From Phoronis australis (lineage: Eukaryota; Animalia; Phoronida), in the NCBI GenBank assembly GCA_002633005.1, contig NMRA01000850.1, positions 57,273 to 121,272 of the forward strand: a stretch of DNA of 64,000 bases, given 5' to 3'. The notes below the pieces were generated by a model. The model ran no database searches. It saw nothing but the letters and a program-made list of their open reading frames with translations, and was not told where the DNA came from. Positions 59,645-64,000 of the stretch are shown here, in pieces (position 1 is the first letter of the stretch; the number at the start of each line of letters is the position of its first letter). A program made the position numbers and the translations under genes.

Positions 59645-62299
59645 GATTCAAAATTGTCATTGTCTTCCCCTTGTAGCATCCCAGTTGCACCAGCGACCTC
59701 TCCTGGTTATCTGTTGAAAACCACCAGATGGATGTTGGCCGATTGCCTACCAGATGGGCTCGAACAAAACGGCAAATATAACTTGAAGTACAAGATGGGT
59801 ACACATACCGTCAAATGGGCTAAAGTATAATGTATAGTGATACATGGGTACACACAACCTCCAACTGGGCGCTAAACAAAATAAGGACTAGGGTTCCGGA
59901 CAGGCTGAGTGAACTTACCTACCCAGTTACGGTAATGTTAATTTGTCCAGTTGCGGACAGCCTGGGTGAGCTGTACTGTAGCTGTACAGGTACATTCTTC
60001 AAGCAGGTATGAAAAAGATGGTGTTTTGGCTCGCTTATCGCCACACGGGCGTGGACGAGTAGCCCTGTCCATTGCTTTAAAGAGGTCGAAAGTAAAAATT
60101 TTCAACGACTTTAACAAATATCAATTAAATCTGTAGCATGCTGATATCACCAGAAACCAACAGAGTTCCGTGACGTATAACTGCTTTGAAATCTGAACCT
60201 TTCGTGGAGTTCCGTGACTTATTATTCCGTGGAAATAGCCTTCCATCAAAAGAGTCCAAACGTCGATCAGAAAATAGCGAAAGCACTAATCAGGGGCCAC
60301 CTATTTAATCCAGTTGGCAGCCGTGAATCTTCTTACTGAAGCAGTCAGTGAATTCAAATCGCCCATAATGCAATCATGTTTTCAAAGATGGCCGTGTATG
60401 GGGCTTTAGATATCCAATATTTCTTAGCAATTTTTAATAAACTTATGGTGACAAAGCTTTAAAACTCATTGATAAATATTTAAAGTTAACCAACTGCACA
60501 AAAAGATACGATGTGAAACCGGCTTCTACGACGGTAAAGCGAACTCCAGCAAACAAATGAGTATTTACAACTCTTTGAAATGTTTGATAATATCCTCACC
60601 GGAGCATCATTTTGTTGAAAACTTTTGATTAGAATAAACATCCTTCCCGGAATCGGAATTTAGAAAAATAAAGGTTTTTCTCTGCTAAGTGGTAAGCAAA
60701 TTAGTTAATTGCATTTTAGATGGTCAATGAACTTTACCAATTTGACAATAATTAGTTTTATGAACTAATGTACACAAGTTCTCAGGATTGGCAAATTAGT
60801 AGGTTTTTCGAGATATTCTTGGCGCCGTTCTAATCTCTTTTTCATAATTGTCAATTACTGGAAATTCATGCAGATGGAATTAAACGTAAAAATGATCACG
60901 GCAACAATTGTGGTTTTTAGAAAAGAGTGCTTATTTCAGTTATTAGCCACAATGGGAGACACTTTGGAAAAACGACGTGAAATCTGAATACGTTTAGAAT
61001 ATATATAATATGCATTGCGAGGCTGTTATTTTTCGGATATAGTGTCCTAGTGGCTTTCATGGTTGTAATTTCTCCAATTTCCTCCAGAGGGGTCTCGATA
61101 CAGTAGATAGTAGCCTCGCTATGGAATAATCTATTGTTCCAACATATTGAAAAATAAAGTGTACAAAAATTAGAAAACAAAATTAAAATATTCAAATTTC
61201 TCTGTGATCCACCTCGGTCATCTAATGCAGCTCTGAGATCAAACGTCCAAATGCGTGCGTCTTCTTTAGAATATGGCAATTCCCATCACGGTTCCCCGCC
61301 AAATTGTTGTCTCCCACGGGTAATAATTGTGTGGGTTATTGCCCGGTGGCATTATTTACCCTTAAAGACTTCTTACCATGACTCTGAGTATTAAAAATAT
61401 TTTTTTAATAACTGGTGACCAGCGGGAGCGCCGCCTAAGGGATATACAAAAAGTAACAGGTCACGTGACGACAAAAACCTCGTGAGGCGGAAGCTACTGG
61501 AAGCCGCCACTGCAATTGCATAGTTTACAAAAACATTTTATATACTTTCGAAATACCTCAAGCAGGGAGGTAGGCTGGCCGAGCAGGAGCGGTGAAGATA
61601 TATCATCCCTTGTGGCTGTGGGCTGGTAGAGGTCTCAAAGCACCAATGCCTCGACATTTCTGTCGCAGTTTGTCACAAAATTCAAACATGACCTTTTTAC
61701 GGATGTAACCGTTAGTAACTTTCCTGAGCAGACTGAAAAAATGGCGGTCAAATAGTTGAAAATTCTCGCTTCGATTTTTTCTTTCGAATTTGCAGTCGCA
61801 GAGAGTCCCGTGACGATTGAGATAAATCATTTTTTCAGATTTCAAGCATGTTTATGCGAAGAATACTTATAATACAATGTGCAATCTGTCTTTAAAGAAA
61901 ATATTTGCCATTGCTGATATTTGATGCTTAACGCACCGTCTTGGAATCGAAATAAGGAGAAGAAACAACGTACCACGTAAGCAAAGCACATGTTACATTT
62001 GTAATACAAATAGGATAGATAAGGAGATTCATTTTTGATGCAAGTGTCCAATTTTGACAGAATTAAGAAAGTATTATCTGCAGGGTACCTATCTAAATTA
62101 TTCTAAAGTTAATACATTCTTTAAGAGCACCCCTGTCCAAATTATGAACACTTTTGCAAACTTTACATCAAAAGCTATGTCAGTCAAATGATGAGTGTCT
62201 AAATTCAGTGTGTACCTGTTGACTTTTTATACATCCACACACGCACACACAGATAGACAAACAGGCACACTGACAGACACACACACGCACACGCACATA

Positions 62300-62370
62300 T
62301 ATATTGTTGAAATGTGGTTTGGGCCGGAGGCCTTTTGAATGACAATAAAGTTCTTGATTGATTGATTGAT
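62300..62370 (+). mobile_element. Non-LTR retroposon 3' tail (AATAAA + (TTGA)n) following a (CA)-rich tract
   Basis: GAATGACAATAAAGTTCTTGATTGATTGATTGAT: poly(A) signal followed by a short tandem-repeat tail, typical of L2/CR1-type LINEs and their SINEs. Confidence 0.5.
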
Positions 62371-63602
62371 AAGATATCCTCGCAGTCGTAAGATGTGTAT
62401 AAAACCGATTTTGGTCGCTAGGTAATATAATTTATTTTGATAACAAACCTTAGATCAGGAGAATATTCTCGTGTGATCGTTAGACATTGTCAATTTTCCG
62501 GTCAAAGTCCCATTTTGGGAATACTTGTTGGATGGAATAGATTTCTTGAAGTTATTAGCTTTGACCAGACTACAAAAAAAACAAAATATGAGTTTTTGGG
62601 ATTTCATTACAAATCTCCAATTCTCTGTGAATATTCACTGAAATCAAAACCTGTTAAATGCGCGTAAGATGCTTTTACATAGATCAAGTGCGATTCAGCT
62701 GTGCCACAAGAGCGTTAGGCAGCAACTTCGGGGGTGCCAGATTCGACTCCGCACATATTTTGGCCGATAATCTCTCCTTAAAGCGTAGTCACAGAGGTTA
62801 TTGTCATTAACGAGGAAATACGCATCTACTGCGCATTTGGTAAAATAAGGCTATAACACCACCACCCATTGGAATGCCCTTTAGATTATGAAGCAAGAAA
62901 CAAATACCAACATGTAAAGTCATGTTAAATTCCTGCTCTAAACTTCTATCTTACACAAATATTTTTATTTAAACGGCATTTCGTCAGTTTGTTTCGTAGT
63001 TAAATTAGAATTTATTTCAGCTTACTCCAACGATCGGAACTGAATAGTCTAAGACTGGAGCAATAAGTGTACAATTCCGGATACCATCCATAGTTTTAAC
63101 GATGTCACTAGGAGGGGAGCGTCAAAAACGTAAAATTCAAAGTGAAATGTTGGTTAACTTACGATAAACGCGCTGATTTCCACTTATTTCACGTACTCAC
63201 TGTTAACAAATAACTTTTCTTGACCAGAACATTTAGATTTGGTTCAATAGGTACACTGACGAAAACACTCAGGCAAGCAAAGTTTTCACAAATAAAACAT
63301 TTAATCAAAACATTGTGTGCATAAGATACTAAATAAATGCTCGACCCATAAGTACACTGGAACAACACACAAGGCTCCCAGCCCACATACACACAGGGGT
63401 GCAGTACACAAGGTTCTCAGTACACAATGGTACAAAATACCAGCCCTCCGGCCCATATACATGGTTGTATAATACAACGATCACGAATATCCAGTCTTTC
63501 ATGTTACTATCTGGTACAGTGTATTGGACACAAAACGCACGCATTGTCTTCCCTCTACTTTTTTAATGTAATTGAAACATCTAAATCTTGTCTAAACCTT
63601 CA

Positions 63603-64000
63603 GTGGTAGTTGTAGTGGTGACAGTACTAGTAATATAGTAGTAGTGGTAGTAGAAGTAGCAGAAGTGGAAATAGTACCACCACCACCACCACCACCACCA
63701 TCACCAATCCCAGCAACCACTACTACTACTTCTAGTAGTAGCATGAGTAGTGGTAGTAGTTGTATTAATAGTGGTAGTTGTAATAATAAAGGTAGTGGTA
63801 GTATTAGTGGTGATACTGGTATAGTAGCAATTGTACTAGTACTACTAGTAGTTGTATTAGTAGTGATAGTCGTAGTAGTGGTGGTGACAATAGTATAGTA
63901 GCAGTGATAGTGGTAGTACTAGTACTACTAGTAGTTGTATTAGTAGTGATAGTCGTAGTAGTAGTGGTGACAATAGTCGTAGTAGTAGTGGTGACAATAG
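63603..64000. repeat. (GTA/GTG)n and (CAC/CTA)n trinucleotide low-complexity tract, running off the window
   Basis: Directly visible; includes a ~90-bp higher-order repeat (GTACTAGTACTACTAGTAGTTGTATTAGTAGTGATAGTCG). Confidence 0.93.

Noticed and set aside
63329-63544. VLYNHVYG segment reminiscent of an acyl-CoA synthetase motif
   Set aside because: Too short, with no supporting splice sites or neighbouring exons.
63644-63898. 84-aa Pro/Ser/Val-rich ORF resembling a membrane protein
   Set aside because: Trinucleotide low-complexity DNA.

Overview
This is AT-rich, intron-containing animal DNA, most likely from a marine invertebrate; a spiralian is plausible but cannot be proven from the window. 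Two intact protein-coding genes lie in convergent orientation. (1) A 15-exon sodium:solute symporter of the SLC5A5/6/8/12 (NIS/SMVT/SMCT) subfamily on + (879..20461), reconstructed by hand with all GT-AG junctions in phase: 1869 nt, 622 aa. (2) A class-B/adhesion-like GPCR with a somatomedin-B domain, encoded by a single coding exon on - (27122..29752, 876 aa). The rest is mostly transposon debris: a bounded 3.4-kb Academ-type DNA transposon in SLC5 intron 10 (16-bp TAG..CTA TIRs, 3-bp TSD); a decayed Penelope RT+GIY-YIG element; a young head-to-head pair of Penelope 3' ends, each carrying a minimal type I hammerhead ribozyme; a CR1/L2-type LINE remnant; a THAP-domain remnant; and several MITE families, including CA..TG-ended MITEs with 5-bp target duplications. 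A 2.2-kb direct duplication abutting a single N may be a haplotype-overlap assembly artefact. No CRISPR array, rRNA or complete tRNA is supportable. All calls come from manual reading and remembered family motifs, not database searches.
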